NCBI GenBank assembly: GCA_944392385.1
Contig: CALXWL010000003.1
Location: forward strand, 95 to 64,094
Direction: 5' to 3'
Length of the DNA: 64,000 nt
Source of the DNA: an uncultured Clostridia bacterium
Lineage (GTDB): Bacteria > Bacillota > Clostridia > TANB77 > CAG-508
Shown: positions 21,542-31,478 of the stretch, piece by piece
Layout: every line of letters begins with the position of its first letter
Position numbering within the stretch: position 1 is the first letter of the stretch
Made by a program: the position numbers and the translations under genes
Notes under the pieces: generated by a model
Told to the model about the DNA's origin: nothing
Database searches by the model: none
Seen by the model: the letters and a program-made list of their open reading frames with translations, nothing else

Positions 21542-22213
21542 ATGAAAGTTCTAATTATAGAAGATGAGAAAGTTTTATCAGATACAATTCATCAATGCAT
21601 ATGTAAAGAATTTCAAACAGAGCAGGCATATGATGGATATGAAGGATATACATATGCAAAGGAGAACATATATGATGCAATAATTTTAGACTTAATGCTT
21701 CCAGAAATGTCTGGATATGATGTTTTATTAAAATTAAGAGAAAACAAAGTATATACACCAGTACTGATATTAACAGCAAAAGACTCAATATCAGATAAGT
21801 TAAAAGGCTTTAGATATGGAGCAGATGATTATTTAGTAAAACCATTTGAAGTTGAAGAGTTAATAGCAAGGCTACAAGCAATAATTAGAAGAACAAAAGG
21901 AAATTATCAAGATGAATTACTAGAATTTAAAGAATTAAAAATAAACCTGCAAAAGCGTAATATAATCATAAAGGGAGAAGAAATAACTTTGCAAGGGAAG
22001 CAATTTGATATATTAGAATACTTAGTAACATCAAAAAATAAGATATTAACAAAAGAGCAAATATTTGATAAAGTTTGGAGCTTTAATTCATTTACAACAA
22101 CAAATGTTGTAGAAGTTTATACAAGTGAACTTAGAAAAACACTAAAAAAATATGGATATGATAAATATATAAAAACAATAAGAGGAGTAGGCTACATGTT
22201 ATCAGAAAAGTAA
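21542..22213 (+). CDS. OmpR/PhoB-family response regulator (no cognate histidine kinase adjacent)
   Basis: Receiver domain (MKVLIIEDE ... DAIILDLMLPEMSG ... LTAKD) plus winged-helix output domain (RGVGYML); ATG 21542 preferred over GTG 21533. Confidence 0.9.
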   Translation: MKVLIIEDEKVLSDTIHQCICKEFQTEQAYDGYEGYTYAKENIYDAIILDLMLPEMSGYDVLLKLRENKVYTPVLILTAKDSISDKLKGFRYGADDYLVKPFEVEELIARLQAIIRRTKGNYQDELLEFKELKINLQKRNIIIKGEEITLQGKQFDILEYLVTSKNKILTKEQIFDKVWSFNSFTTTNVVEVYTSELRKTLKKYGYDKYIKTIRGVGYMLSEK

Positions 22214-22265
22214 TATTTAAGAAGAAGTAATGGTGTTTTATAGATGTAAAATTTGGGGGTTTATA

Positions 22266-23846
22266 ATGAATATAAAAAATTCAATAAATAAGAAAAATAT
22301 TGTAATTTTATTATTACTAATATTAATTTGTGGAATAATATTTTTCTTTCAAACACAAAAATCTGGTTTTCATGAAGATGAAATTTATAGCCAAGTTTCA
22401 GCTGTAAACCCATATAATGGACTTATGAGTGCTTATGAAAATGATGATGTATTTGCAAATCAGCCACCTGTATGGAAAAGCAGGGAATATGTAAAAGACT
22501 ATGTAACTTTAACAACAGACAATTACTTAAATATGGTATCTATTTATAAAAATCAAGCTATAGATAACCATCCGCCTGTTTTTTATGTATTAGCACATTT
22601 CTCAAGCATTTTATTTGGTGGAAATTTTACAAAGTATTCGATATTTCTTGTAAACATAATTGCATTTTTGTTAAGTTGTATAGTAATTAAAAAAATATTC
22701 AAAACTATGAATAAGGAAAACTTAACAATCCCAACAATAATCCTTTATGGACTATCCATGGGAACCATTTCAATGGTTTTATATCAAAGAATGTATATGG
22801 TTCTAACACTTTTCATATTACTATATTTTTATTATAGTATAAAAATATATATAAATGAATTTAATATAGATAAAAAACTTATAATAAAACTAGGGCTTGT
22901 AACAGTATTCGGATTTCTAACTCAATACTTTTTTGTTTTTTATGCAGCAGTAATATTTTTAATAATAGCTATAGCAATGATAAAAAATAAAAAATACAAA
23001 AATTTAGCCAAGTATGTTATAATGCATGTAATATATGCTGCCATAGGAATTATATTATTTCCACCATGCATATATCATTTACTAATGACAGATAGAGGAA
23101 TTAAAAACTTAGAAAATACTAATTATTTAACTAATTTAGTAAAATATATAGAGCACATAGCATACTCATTTTCAATAAAAGAAATTATGTTAGTATTATT
23201 CCCACTATTATTAATAGTTTTTATAGGAATAACATATTTAAAGAAAAAAACAAATGAAAGATTTTTTGTATACTTAGCAGCTATCCCAACTACAATATTC
23301 TTGCTTCTAACTGTACAATTAACATCTTTTCAAGAACTAAGATACATAATGCCAATAATTCCATTTGTAGTAATTATTTTTTACTTAATGTTAGATATAT
23401 TGATAGATGTAAAATACAAGAATTATATATTTATAGGAATATCAGTAATATTAGTATTAAATGGACTAATATTTGCAACTCCTAAATTCTTATACAAAAA
23501 CTATAATGAATCTATAAAAATAGCAGAAAATAACAAAGAAAAATCATTTGTATATGTTTATGACAACTTTTTTAATCATATGCAAAGTATACCAGAAATG
23601 ATGATATATGAAAAAACACTAATTATTAATACAAATAAAAATGAACTAGAATATTTAAGTAAAGATGAAGAATTAAATAATGAAAATCAATATATCTTAT
23701 GCATAAAAAACTATATGAATAATGAAGAAATCCTAAATTACATAAAAAACAATACAGCTTTTAAAAACATAGAAAAACTTTATACAAATGAATCTTTTGC
23801 ATCAGATGAATATGTATTAAACAATTTATATTTGGTCTCAAAATAG
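22266..23846 (+). CDS. GT-C fold membrane glycosyltransferase (ArnT/PMT_2-like)
   Basis: ~12 TM helices; acidic first-loop motif GFHEDEIYS; soluble C-terminal domain; ATG 22266 behind GGGGG. Confidence 0.65.
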   Translation: MNIKNSINKKNIVILLLLILICGIIFFFQTQKSGFHEDEIYSQVSAVNPYNGLMSAYENDDVFANQPPVWKSREYVKDYVTLTTDNYLNMVSIYKNQAIDNHPPVFYVLAHFSSILFGGNFTKYSIFLVNIIAFLLSCIVIKKIFKTMNKENLTIPTIILYGLSMGTISMVLYQRMYMVLTLFILLYFYYSIKIYINEFNIDKKLIIKLGLVTVFGFLTQYFFVFYAAVIFLIIAIAMIKNKKYKNLAKYVIMHVIYAAIGIILFPPCIYHLLMTDRGIKNLENTNYLTNLVKYIEHIAYSFSIKEIMLVLFPLLLIVFIGITYLKKKTNERFFVYLAAIPTTIFLLLTVQLTSFQELRYIMPIIPFVVIIFYLMLDILIDVKYKNYIFIGISVILVLNGLIFATPKFLYKNYNESIKIAENNKEKSFVYVYDNFFNHMQSIPEMMIYEKTLIINTNKNELEYLSKDEELNNENQYILCIKNYMNNEEILNYIKNNTAFKNIEKLYTNESFASDEYVLNNLYLVSK

Positions 23847-23848
23847 TA
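23823..23848 (+). repeat. 26-bp direct repeat, left copy (covers the last 7 codons plus stop of the GT-C gene)
   Basis: AATTTATATTTGGTCTCAAAATAGTA is identical to 28384-28409. Confidence 0.9.
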
Positions 23849-24037
23849 TTGTCAGTAATAGAATAATTGTCTTGAGATGTGAATATATTAAAATGCTTGA
23901 TACTACAAAAAAACAATTTAAACAGATTCTAAACAGTTTACTACTTTAATGACAAAAAAATGCAATTTCAAAAAAGGTAGTTGTTTACTGTTTATTATTA
24001 TGTTATTATAAAATGAACCATTGAATGGAGGAAAGAT

Positions 24038-25156
24038 ATGAAAGATTTAAGAATTGAAAAACTAGCAAACAAACTATTGAAACACTCTATTAATTTACAA
24101 AAAGGGGAAAAAATACTAATTGAAATAATTGGAATAGATGCAGTGCCTTTAGGAAAAGAATTAATAAAACAAGCAGAAAAAACGGGAGCATTTGCATATT
24201 TTAACATTATAGATTATAAAATATTGAGAGAAATGCTCATGAACGTATCAGAAGAACAAATAAAAATTTATGCAAAGCATGATTTACAAAGGATGAAAGA
24301 TATGGATGCTTATATTGGGATAGGAGCAACCACAAATCCATCAGAATTAAACGGAATTCCAAAAGCAAATATGGAATTATATAATAAGCATTATATGTTA
24401 CCAGTACATCTTTTAGAAAGGGTAAAAAACAAAAAATGGTGTATTCTAAGATACCCGAATAGTTCAATGGCGCAAATGAGCAATATGAATACAGAAGAGT
24501 TTGAAGATTTTTATTTCAGAGTATGTAATCTAAATTATGATAAGATGTCAAAAGCTATGGATAATTTAGTTGATTTAATGAATAAAACAAAAAATGTTCA
24601 TATAATAGGCAAAGAAACAGATTTAAAGTTTAGCATAGAAGGTATACCAGCTCAAAAATATATGGGAACATTTAATATACCTGATGGGGAAGTGGCTACT
24701 GCACCAATAAAAACAAGTGTAGATGGATATATAACATATAATACTGAAACAAAATATAATGGAGATTCATTTACTAACATTAAGTTCGAATTTGAAAAAG
24801 GTAAAATAATAAAAGCAACTTCAAATAATACAATAAAACTTAATGAAATACTAGATACTGATGATGGAAGTAGATATATAGGAGAATTTGCATTAGGAGT
24901 AAATCCTTATATAGAAAAGCCATTAGGAGACACATTATTTGATGAAAAAATAAAAGGAAGTTTTCATTTTACACCTGGTGATAGTTTAGAGAAAAGTGAT
25001 AATGGCAATCGTTCTAGCATTCATTGGGATATAGTAAGTATACAAACACTAGAATATGGTGGTGGAGAAATTTGGTTTGATGATGTACTAGTAAGAAAAG
25101 ATGGGATATTTGTTTTAGAAGAATTAAAAGCATTGAACCCCGAAAATTTAACTTAA
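24038..25156 (+). CDS. M29-family aminopeptidase (AmpS/PepS-like)
   Basis: 372 aa; typical start MKDLRIEKLA..LL.HS; conserved DGEVATAP and HWDIV motifs. Confidence 0.8.
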   Translation: MKDLRIEKLANKLLKHSINLQKGEKILIEIIGIDAVPLGKELIKQAEKTGAFAYFNIIDYKILREMLMNVSEEQIKIYAKHDLQRMKDMDAYIGIGATTNPSELNGIPKANMELYNKHYMLPVHLLERVKNKKWCILRYPNSSMAQMSNMNTEEFEDFYFRVCNLNYDKMSKAMDNLVDLMNKTKNVHIIGKETDLKFSIEGIPAQKYMGTFNIPDGEVATAPIKTSVDGYITYNTETKYNGDSFTNIKFEFEKGKIIKATSNNTIKLNEILDTDDGSRYIGEFALGVNPYIEKPLGDTLFDEKIKGSFHFTPGDSLEKSDNGNRSSIHWDIVSIQTLEYGGGEIWFDDVLVRKDGIFVLEELKALNPENLT

Positions 25157-25200
25157 AAATAGGAAAGTAATGATAAAATGAACATTACTTTCCTATTTTT
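25155..25200. terminator. bidirectional terminator between convergent genes
   Basis: Perfect 18-bp inverted repeat AAAAATAGGAAAGTAATG / CATTACTTTCCTATTTTT with a 10-nt loop. Confidence 0.8.
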
Positions 25201-25919
25201 AAAAATCAAAAAAGAATTCATCATAGTTTTTATTTTCTAATATTAAAGCACCATCATAAAAAATCTTTTTAACCTCTTCTTTTGAAAATGTTAAAGCATT
25301 ATTATATTTATCAATATTAGATATTTCGGAAGTTGAGAGTATTACCTTTTTTACTATTGGTAAAGAATTTGGAGTCAAACCAAGTATTAACCCTTTACAA
25401 ATATTAATCTCATTTGACCAATTAATATTAACAACTATTTCAACTTTTTCTAACATGTCATTTCTTAAAGAGGCATTGTTTAGAGTGAAATATGCTGTGG
25501 TTTTATTAGATTCTAGAAAACCTTCATAGTAATACGAACATTTTTTATAATATTGAATATTTTTAATACCATTGAAAAACTTGCATTTATAAATATTATT
25601 CTCAGGATAAATATCTATAATTGAAGTTATTAGTTTTTTATCAGTATAATAATATAAATATAATTTATTGGAATTAAAAGGATTATATATGAAAGATGGA
25701 GATAAGGTTGTATCTTTAAATGTAAACAGTTCGCATAAAGAAATGTTAAAAAAATTACACAATTCAAGCAATGTAAGGCTATCAGGAATAATTTCATTAT
25801 TTTCATATTTAGAAATAGTTGCTTTTGATTTATTTATTGCAAATCCGAACTTCTTCCATAGTTTTTTTTAAGGACTTTCTAAAAAATCTTAACCTATTGC
25901 CAACATTAATGTTTTTCAT
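25199..25919 (-). CDS. XRE-family HTH regulator with C-terminal domain of unknown function; needs a +1 shift at CGG (25847-25845)
   Basis: ATG at 25919 gives MKNINVGNRLRFFRKSLKKTMEEV; after skipping the C the frame reads GFAINKSKATISKYENNEIIPDSLTLLELCNFFNISLCELF and joins ORF 25199-25771. Confidence 0.7.
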
Positions 25920-26188
25920 ATCATACAACTTCAATCACCTGTTTACTATAAATATACTTTTATGCTAGAATTAGTAAAAATAAATTTTAACATATATATT
26001 TTAATACAAAAAAGCATAATAAGTCAATAAATAAGAAACAAAAATAACAGAAAATATCACAATAAGAAACATAACTTTTTTTGATTTTAGCTTTTAAATA
26101 TATTAAAATAGTAAAAAAGAAAAACTTAATGTAAATATGATAAAATATATAGGACAAAAAATAATAATAGATTTGAGGAGAATCAAAA

Positions 26189-26731
26189 ATGAATATTAAT
26201 CAAGACGTAGAGTTGCTAAATGTTTATACTGAAGATAATGAAATCCAAATAGGTATTGCAGATAGAGAAGTTGTTCATTACTTTAATCTATGGCATAGGG
26301 AAATTGCATGTTGGATTCTTAATGAAAAAAATGAAATACTTTTACAACGAAGGAGTAGCATCAAAAAACAACAGCCCAATATGTTAGCAGTAACTACAGG
26401 ACATGTTGACCTAAATGAAAGTCCGATTGAAGCAACATTGAGGGAAGTAAAAGAAGAACTCGGAATAGATGATTTAGAACAAAAAGAACTTATTTTTATT
26501 GATACATTTAAAGCAAAAAATCCAAATAATTATCATTACAAATATGTATATTTTTTAAAAACAAAGAAAAATCTAGATGATTTTATTATGCAGAGAACTG
26601 AAGTAAATGAACTATTATTTGTAAGCCTGGAAAAATTGAAGAAAATGATCAATCTACCCAATACAGAAATTACATTTGCAAAACATTTTTACACGCCAAT
26701 TATATTAAAGAAAATAGAGGAATTAATATAG
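26189..26731 (+). CDS. Nudix hydrolase
   Basis: Nudix box GHVDLNESPIEATLREVKEELGI. Confidence 0.85.
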   Translation: MNINQDVELLNVYTEDNEIQIGIADREVVHYFNLWHREIACWILNEKNEILLQRRSSIKKQQPNMLAVTTGHVDLNESPIEATLREVKEELGIDDLEQKELIFIDTFKAKNPNNYHYKYVYFLKTKKNLDDFIMQRTEVNELLFVSLEKLKKMINLPNTEITFAKHFYTPIILKKIEELI

Positions 26732-26732
26732 T

Positions 26733-27785
26733 ATGTATAATTATGAAAAAGCATTGCCAAAAGGATATGAAATTGAAAAAAAAATAGTTATGGGTTCATC
26801 AGCAGAAGTTTTTATTTTAATTAATAGTAAAGGAAATCGAATCGTTAGAAAAATATCTGATGTTGAAGGAATTAATAGAAATGGTAAAGACAAACTAAGA
26901 AATGAAATTAACTTTTTAGAATATTTTCATAGAACAAGAACAATTGACATTTATCCTAAAATATATAACTATGAGGCTAATAATTTATATGTATATTATG
27001 ATATGTCTTTTATAAAAGGTAAAACATTACAAGAATTATTAAACGAAGATAAAAAAGAGCAAGCTATAGATTGTTGTAATAAGGTTTTAAATGATTTGTG
27101 TGTGTTTTCTAATATTAGAAAAACGTATTATAGCGATGAAAATATACAATTATATAAATTTTATTTAGATAAAACGAAAAATGTTATCAATAAACTTCTT
27201 GATAATAGCAATATAGCTAATTTAGTACGAACAGAAAAAATAATGATTAATAATGAAACATATAAAAATGCAAGAGCGATAATTGATTACTTCTATAATA
27301 AAGAAATACAGAAGAAATTAATTAGTACTACAGTAGCTTTTTGTTTTCATGGGGATCTAATATCATCAAATATTCTTTATGATAATGGACATGTAAATTA
27401 TGTTGATCCTAGAGGAGAATTTAAAAATTTTGATATTTGCTATGATATTGCTAAGATGAAGTTTAGTTTTTCAGGGTATAATCAAGTAATGAATGGCAAA
27501 TTTGTAATATATGATTCAGCCAACTCTATAAATTTTAAACTAGAAAAAGATACAGATTCATTTATTAATAAAAATTTTTTCACACTTTTAAGGAAAAATG
27601 AAATGTTTTCAGATAATATTATAAAGCATGATGGATACTGGAAAGAGCGTATTAGATTACATACAGCATTACAATATATAAATAATTCATATATACAGAT
27701 TGCTACAGGAAATTTAAATAAATTTAAAGTAATGTACGCCATAGGAATTGTTAAATTAAACGAATTATTAAATAGATTATTTTGA
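26733..27785 (+). CDS. kinase-fold phosphotransferase (APH/choline-kinase-like)
   Basis: Catalytic loop FHGDLISSNIL and metal-binding VDPRG; candidate beta-3 Lys in RIVRKIS. Confidence 0.7.
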   Translation: MYNYEKALPKGYEIEKKIVMGSSAEVFILINSKGNRIVRKISDVEGINRNGKDKLRNEINFLEYFHRTRTIDIYPKIYNYEANNLYVYYDMSFIKGKTLQELLNEDKKEQAIDCCNKVLNDLCVFSNIRKTYYSDENIQLYKFYLDKTKNVINKLLDNSNIANLVRTEKIMINNETYKNARAIIDYFYNKEIQKKLISTTVAFCFHGDLISSNILYDNGHVNYVDPRGEFKNFDICYDIAKMKFSFSGYNQVMNGKFVIYDSANSINFKLEKDTDSFINKNFFTLLRKNEMFSDNIIKHDGYWKERIRLHTALQYINNSYIQIATGNLNKFKVMYAIGIVKLNELLNRLF

Positions 27786-27802
27786 TAGAAAGAGGGAATT
27801 TT

Positions 27803-28369
27803 GTGAGAAATATATTTATAGTAAGTGGATATGGAGCAGCAGGAAAATCAACAGTAATAAATAGCATAGCAAACACTTTAGATGTGAATATTATTCCATT
27901 TGGTATCATACATAAAGCAACTTATAAAAATGCAGGATATAAATGTACAGCAGATTGGTTAGCTAAAGAAGGATATTCTGCTTATGAAAATGCTGTATTA
28001 GAATTATTTATACATGAGGTAAAAAAAACTAATAAAGATATTTTAATTGATGGTCTCTTTTCATCTTCTTGTTATCACTACTTAAAATCATTAGAATTAT
28101 GCAATAACAATAGAATAATTAATATTTTCATATCAACTCCAGAAGATGAGCGAATTAATAGAATGTATAAGAGACAAAAATTTATAACAGTGGAACAAGC
28201 ACAAATACATACTAAGGCATCAGATTTTATAAAAGGAACATGTGGTTTATATCAAATACAAGACGATGCAAAATATACTATTGATGGTAGAAATACACAA
28301 GAATTAATGAATAAGCAAATAAAGAAAATCATACAATTTATTAAGAAAGATGATAGAGAAAAAGAATAA
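27803..28369 (+). CDS. P-loop NTPase / small-molecule kinase-like protein
   Basis: Walker A SGYGAAGKST; GTG 27803 behind AGAGGGA (the ORF-track TTG at 27782 is also possible). Confidence 0.6.
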   Translation: MRNIFIVSGYGAAGKSTVINSIANTLDVNIIPFGIIHKATYKNAGYKCTADWLAKEGYSAYENAVLELFIHEVKKTNKDILIDGLFSSSCYHYLKSLELCNNNRIINIFISTPEDERINRMYKRQKFITVEQAQIHTKASDFIKGTCGLYQIQDDAKYTIDGRNTQELMNKQIKKIIQFIKKDDREKE

Positions 28370-28383
28370 AATATTAAAAATAT

Positions 28384-28409
28384 AATTTATATTTGGTCTC
28401 AAAATAGTA
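28384..28409 (+). repeat. 26-bp direct repeat, right copy
   Basis: Identical to 23823-23848; non-coding here, 14 nt after the stop at 28369. Confidence 0.9.
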
Positions 28410-28417
28410 CTTGCAAA

Positions 28418-28456
28418 AATTTTTAATTTGTAATAAAATATTACAAATTAAAAATT
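28418..28456. promoter_or_regulatory. perfect 18-bp inverted repeat upstream of pyrC
   Basis: AATTTTTAATTTGTAATA-AAA-TATTACAAATTAAAAATT, ending 17 nt before the pyrC ATG. Confidence 0.5.
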
Positions 28457-28473
28457 GAAAGGAAAGTTGTACT

Positions 28474-29751
28474 ATGAAAATGTTGTTAAAAAATGCTATG
28501 TTTTTTATGGATTATGGTTTCAAAAAATGTGATATTGCTATTGAAAATGGTAATATTATAAATATCGGGCCAACTGTTTTATCAGAGGGCTTTGAAATTA
28601 TTTATGATTTAGAAAATTTGTATATTTTTCCAGGTCTTATAGATGTTCATACACATTTAAGAGAACCTGGTTTTTTATATAAAGAAACAATTGAAACAGG
28701 AAGTATGGCAGCAGCAAGAGGTGGATATACAAGCATATGTGCAATGCCGAATTTGAATCCAACACCAGATTCTTTAGAAAATTTAGCACCAGAATTAGAA
28801 TCAATAAGAAATACTGCTAAAATTAATGTATATCCATATGGAACAATAACAAAAAATGAAGAAGGAAAAGAATTATCAGATTTAGAAAAACTTGCAGATA
28901 AGGTTGTAGCTTTTTCAGATGACGGAAAAGGTGTGCAAGAAGAAGAAATGATGTTAGAAGCTATGAAAAGAGTGAAAAAATTAGGTAAAATCATAGCAGC
29001 ACATTGTGAAGATAACTCGCTTTTAGAAGGAGGATATATTCATAAAGGAGAATATGCAAAATTACATAATCATAAAGGCATTTGCTCAGAGAGTGAATGG
29101 AGACCAATAAAAAGGGATATAGAATTAGTAAGAAAAACAATGTGCAAATACCATGTTTGCCATATATCTACAAAAGAGAGTGTAGAATTGATAAGACAAG
29201 CTAAAAAAGAAGGATTACCAGTAACATGCGAAACAGCTCCACATTATTTAGTATTAGATGATATGTGCCTTAAAGAAGAGGGAAGATTTAAAATGAATCC
29301 ACCAATAAGGTCAAAAGAGGATAAAAAAGCATTAATAGAAGGCTTAAAAGATGGAACAATTGATATGATTGCAACAGACCACGCACCACATTCAAAAGAG
29401 GAAAAGAGCAAGGGATTAGAAAAAAGCCTTATGGGAGTTGTAGGATTAGAAGTATCTTTTCCAGTATTATACACAAACCTTGTAAAAACAGGAATAATAA
29501 CTTTGGAAAAATTAATAGAGTTAATGAATACAAACCCAAGAAAAATATTTGGTATAGGAACAGAAATAAAAGTAGGACAAAAGGCTGATATATCAATATT
29601 TGACTTAAATAAAAAATACAACATAGATTCAAATACATTTTTATCAAAAGGTAAAAGCACCCCATTTGATGGTGAAGAAGTATTTGGAGAATGTAAAATG
29701 ACAATTGTAGGTGGGAAAGTAGTATATAATGGAGGTATAACTAATGTATAA
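28474..29751 (+). CDS. pyrC: dihydroorotase
   Basis: DVHTHLREPG metal-binding motif; 425 aa; pyr operon context. Confidence 0.92.
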   Translation: MKMLLKNAMFFMDYGFKKCDIAIENGNIINIGPTVLSEGFEIIYDLENLYIFPGLIDVHTHLREPGFLYKETIETGSMAAARGGYTSICAMPNLNPTPDSLENLAPELESIRNTAKINVYPYGTITKNEEGKELSDLEKLADKVVAFSDDGKGVQEEEMMLEAMKRVKKLGKIIAAHCEDNSLLEGGYIHKGEYAKLHNHKGICSESEWRPIKRDIELVRKTMCKYHVCHISTKESVELIRQAKKEGLPVTCETAPHYLVLDDMCLKEEGRFKMNPPIRSKEDKKALIEGLKDGTIDMIATDHAPHSKEEKSKGLEKSLMGVVGLEVSFPVLYTNLVKTGIITLEKLIELMNTNPRKIFGIGTEIKVGQKADISIFDLNKKYNIDSNTFLSKGKSTPFDGEEVFGECKMTIVGGKVVYNGGITNV

Positions 29752-30481
29752 AAAAAACATATATAAAATAAAAAGTAATGAACAAATTGCGAATTTAGTT
29801 TACAAAATGGTTTTAGAAGGTGATACATCATATATAGCAAAACCAGGACAATTTATAAACATAGAAATTAAAGAATTTTATTTAAGAAGACCAATTTCAA
29901 TATGTGATTATGATGAAAATACAATAACCATAATATATAAAATAGTTGGACAAGGAACAGAAAAATTAAGCCAAATGAAAGAAGGAGAAATGTTAGATAT
30001 ATTAACAGGTTTAGGCAATGGTTTTGAAACCAAAAACAGTAAAGAAAATCCATTGCTTATTGGAGGAGGAGTAGGAACTCCTCCTATGTATGGTTTATGT
30101 AAAAAACTTATAGAAGAAGGTAAAAAACCAATAGTTGTTTTAGGCTTTAATTCAAAAGAAGATATCTTTTATGAGCAAGAATTTAAAAACTTAGGTGCTA
30201 AAGTTTATATTTCTACAGTAGATGGAAGCTATGGAACAAAAGGATTTGTAACAGATATAATAAAAACATTAGAAAATTATGACTACTATTATGCATGTGG
30301 ACCTATAAATATGTTAAAAGCAGTGTATGAAAAAATAGAAACAAAAGGAGAATTAAGCCTAGAAGAAAGAATGGGATGTGGAATAGGTGCATGTATGGGA
30401 TGTACAATAAATACAAAAACAGGACCGAAAAGAGTTTGCTACAATGGCCCAGTATTTAAAAAGGAGGAAATCATATGGTAG
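29744..30481 (+). CDS. pyrK: dihydroorotate dehydrogenase electron-transfer subunit
   Basis: FAD/NAD-binding fold followed by the 2Fe-2S motif CGIGACMGC...C; overlaps pyrC and pyrD. Confidence 0.9.
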   Translation: MYKKNIYKIKSNEQIANLVYKMVLEGDTSYIAKPGQFINIEIKEFYLRRPISICDYDENTITIIYKIVGQGTEKLSQMKEGEMLDILTGLGNGFETKNSKENPLLIGGGVGTPPMYGLCKKLIEEGKKPIVVLGFNSKEDIFYEQEFKNLGAKVYISTVDGSYGTKGFVTDIIKTLENYDYYYACGPINMLKAVYEKIETKGELSLEERMGCGIGACMGCTINTKTGPKRVCYNGPVFKKEEIIW

Positions 30482-31387
30482 ACTTATCTGTAACATTAAG
30501 CAATTTAAAACTAGATAATCCAATAATTCCAGCAAGTGGAACATTCGGATACGGCCTAGAATTTAAAGATTTCTATGATATAAACATATTAGGCTCATTT
30601 TCAATGAAAGGAACAACAAAAGAAGAAAGATTCGGAAACCCAACTCCAAGAATAGCAGAATGTACATCTGGACTAATAAATTCAGTAGGTTTGCAAAATC
30701 CAGGAATAGATTTTGTAGTAGAAAAACAACTACCAATAATGAAAAAATATTTTAAAAAGCCTATAATAGCTAATATTAGTGGATTTTCAGTAGATGAATA
30801 CAAATATTGTGCAGAAAAAATAGATAAACAAGAACAGGTAGGAATAATAGAAATAAACATAAGTTGCCCTAATGTTCATAATGGAGGAATGACATTTGGA
30901 ACAGATGTAAAAGCTGCCATGGAAGTAACAAAAGCAGTAAAGGCGGTAACAACAAAACCAGTATACATGAAACTAACACCAAATGTTACAAATATTGTAG
31001 ATATAGCAAAAGCATGTGAAGAAGCCGGAGCAGATGGAATAAGCATGATAAATACATTACTAGGAATGAGAATAGATTTAAAAACAAAAAAGCCAATAAT
31101 AGCAAATAAAATGGGAGGATTTTCAGGACCAGCAATATTTCCAATAGCTTTAAGAATGGTATACCAAGTATATGAAGCGGTAAAAATTCCAATTATAGGA
31201 ATGGGAGGAATATCAACTGCAAAAGATGTAATAGAAATGATGCTTGCTCGGTGCAACAGCAGTACAAATAGGAAGTGCAAATTTAAAAAATCCTTATGTA
31301 TGTAAAGAAATAATAGAAGAGTTACCAAAAGAAATGGAAAAATATAAAATAAACAGTTTAAAAGAAATAATTGGAAAAGCACATTAA
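30475..31387 (+). CDS. pyrD: dihydroorotate dehydrogenase 1B catalytic subunit; needs a +1 shift at CGG 31249-31251
   Basis: ORF 30475-31305 loses homology after ...DVIEMMLA; the +1 frame reads GATAVQIGSANLKNPYVCKEIIEELPKEMEKYKINSLKEIIGKAH to the stop at 31385-31387. Confidence 0.85.
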
Positions 31388-31478
31388 AACAAAAAAATAT
31401 ACAAAAACAGACAAAGATATGTTATAATATATATGTAATTTTAATTACTAATAAATACAAAACAGAAAGAGGAAAAAA

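Noticed and set aside
25862-25869. A8 homopolymer as the cause of the XRE gene frameshift (possible phase variation)
   Set aside because: Repair at the downstream CGG gives a better helix-turn-helix match (TMEEVGFAINKSKATISKYEN) than repair in the A-run. A homopolymer length error cannot be fully excluded without reads.
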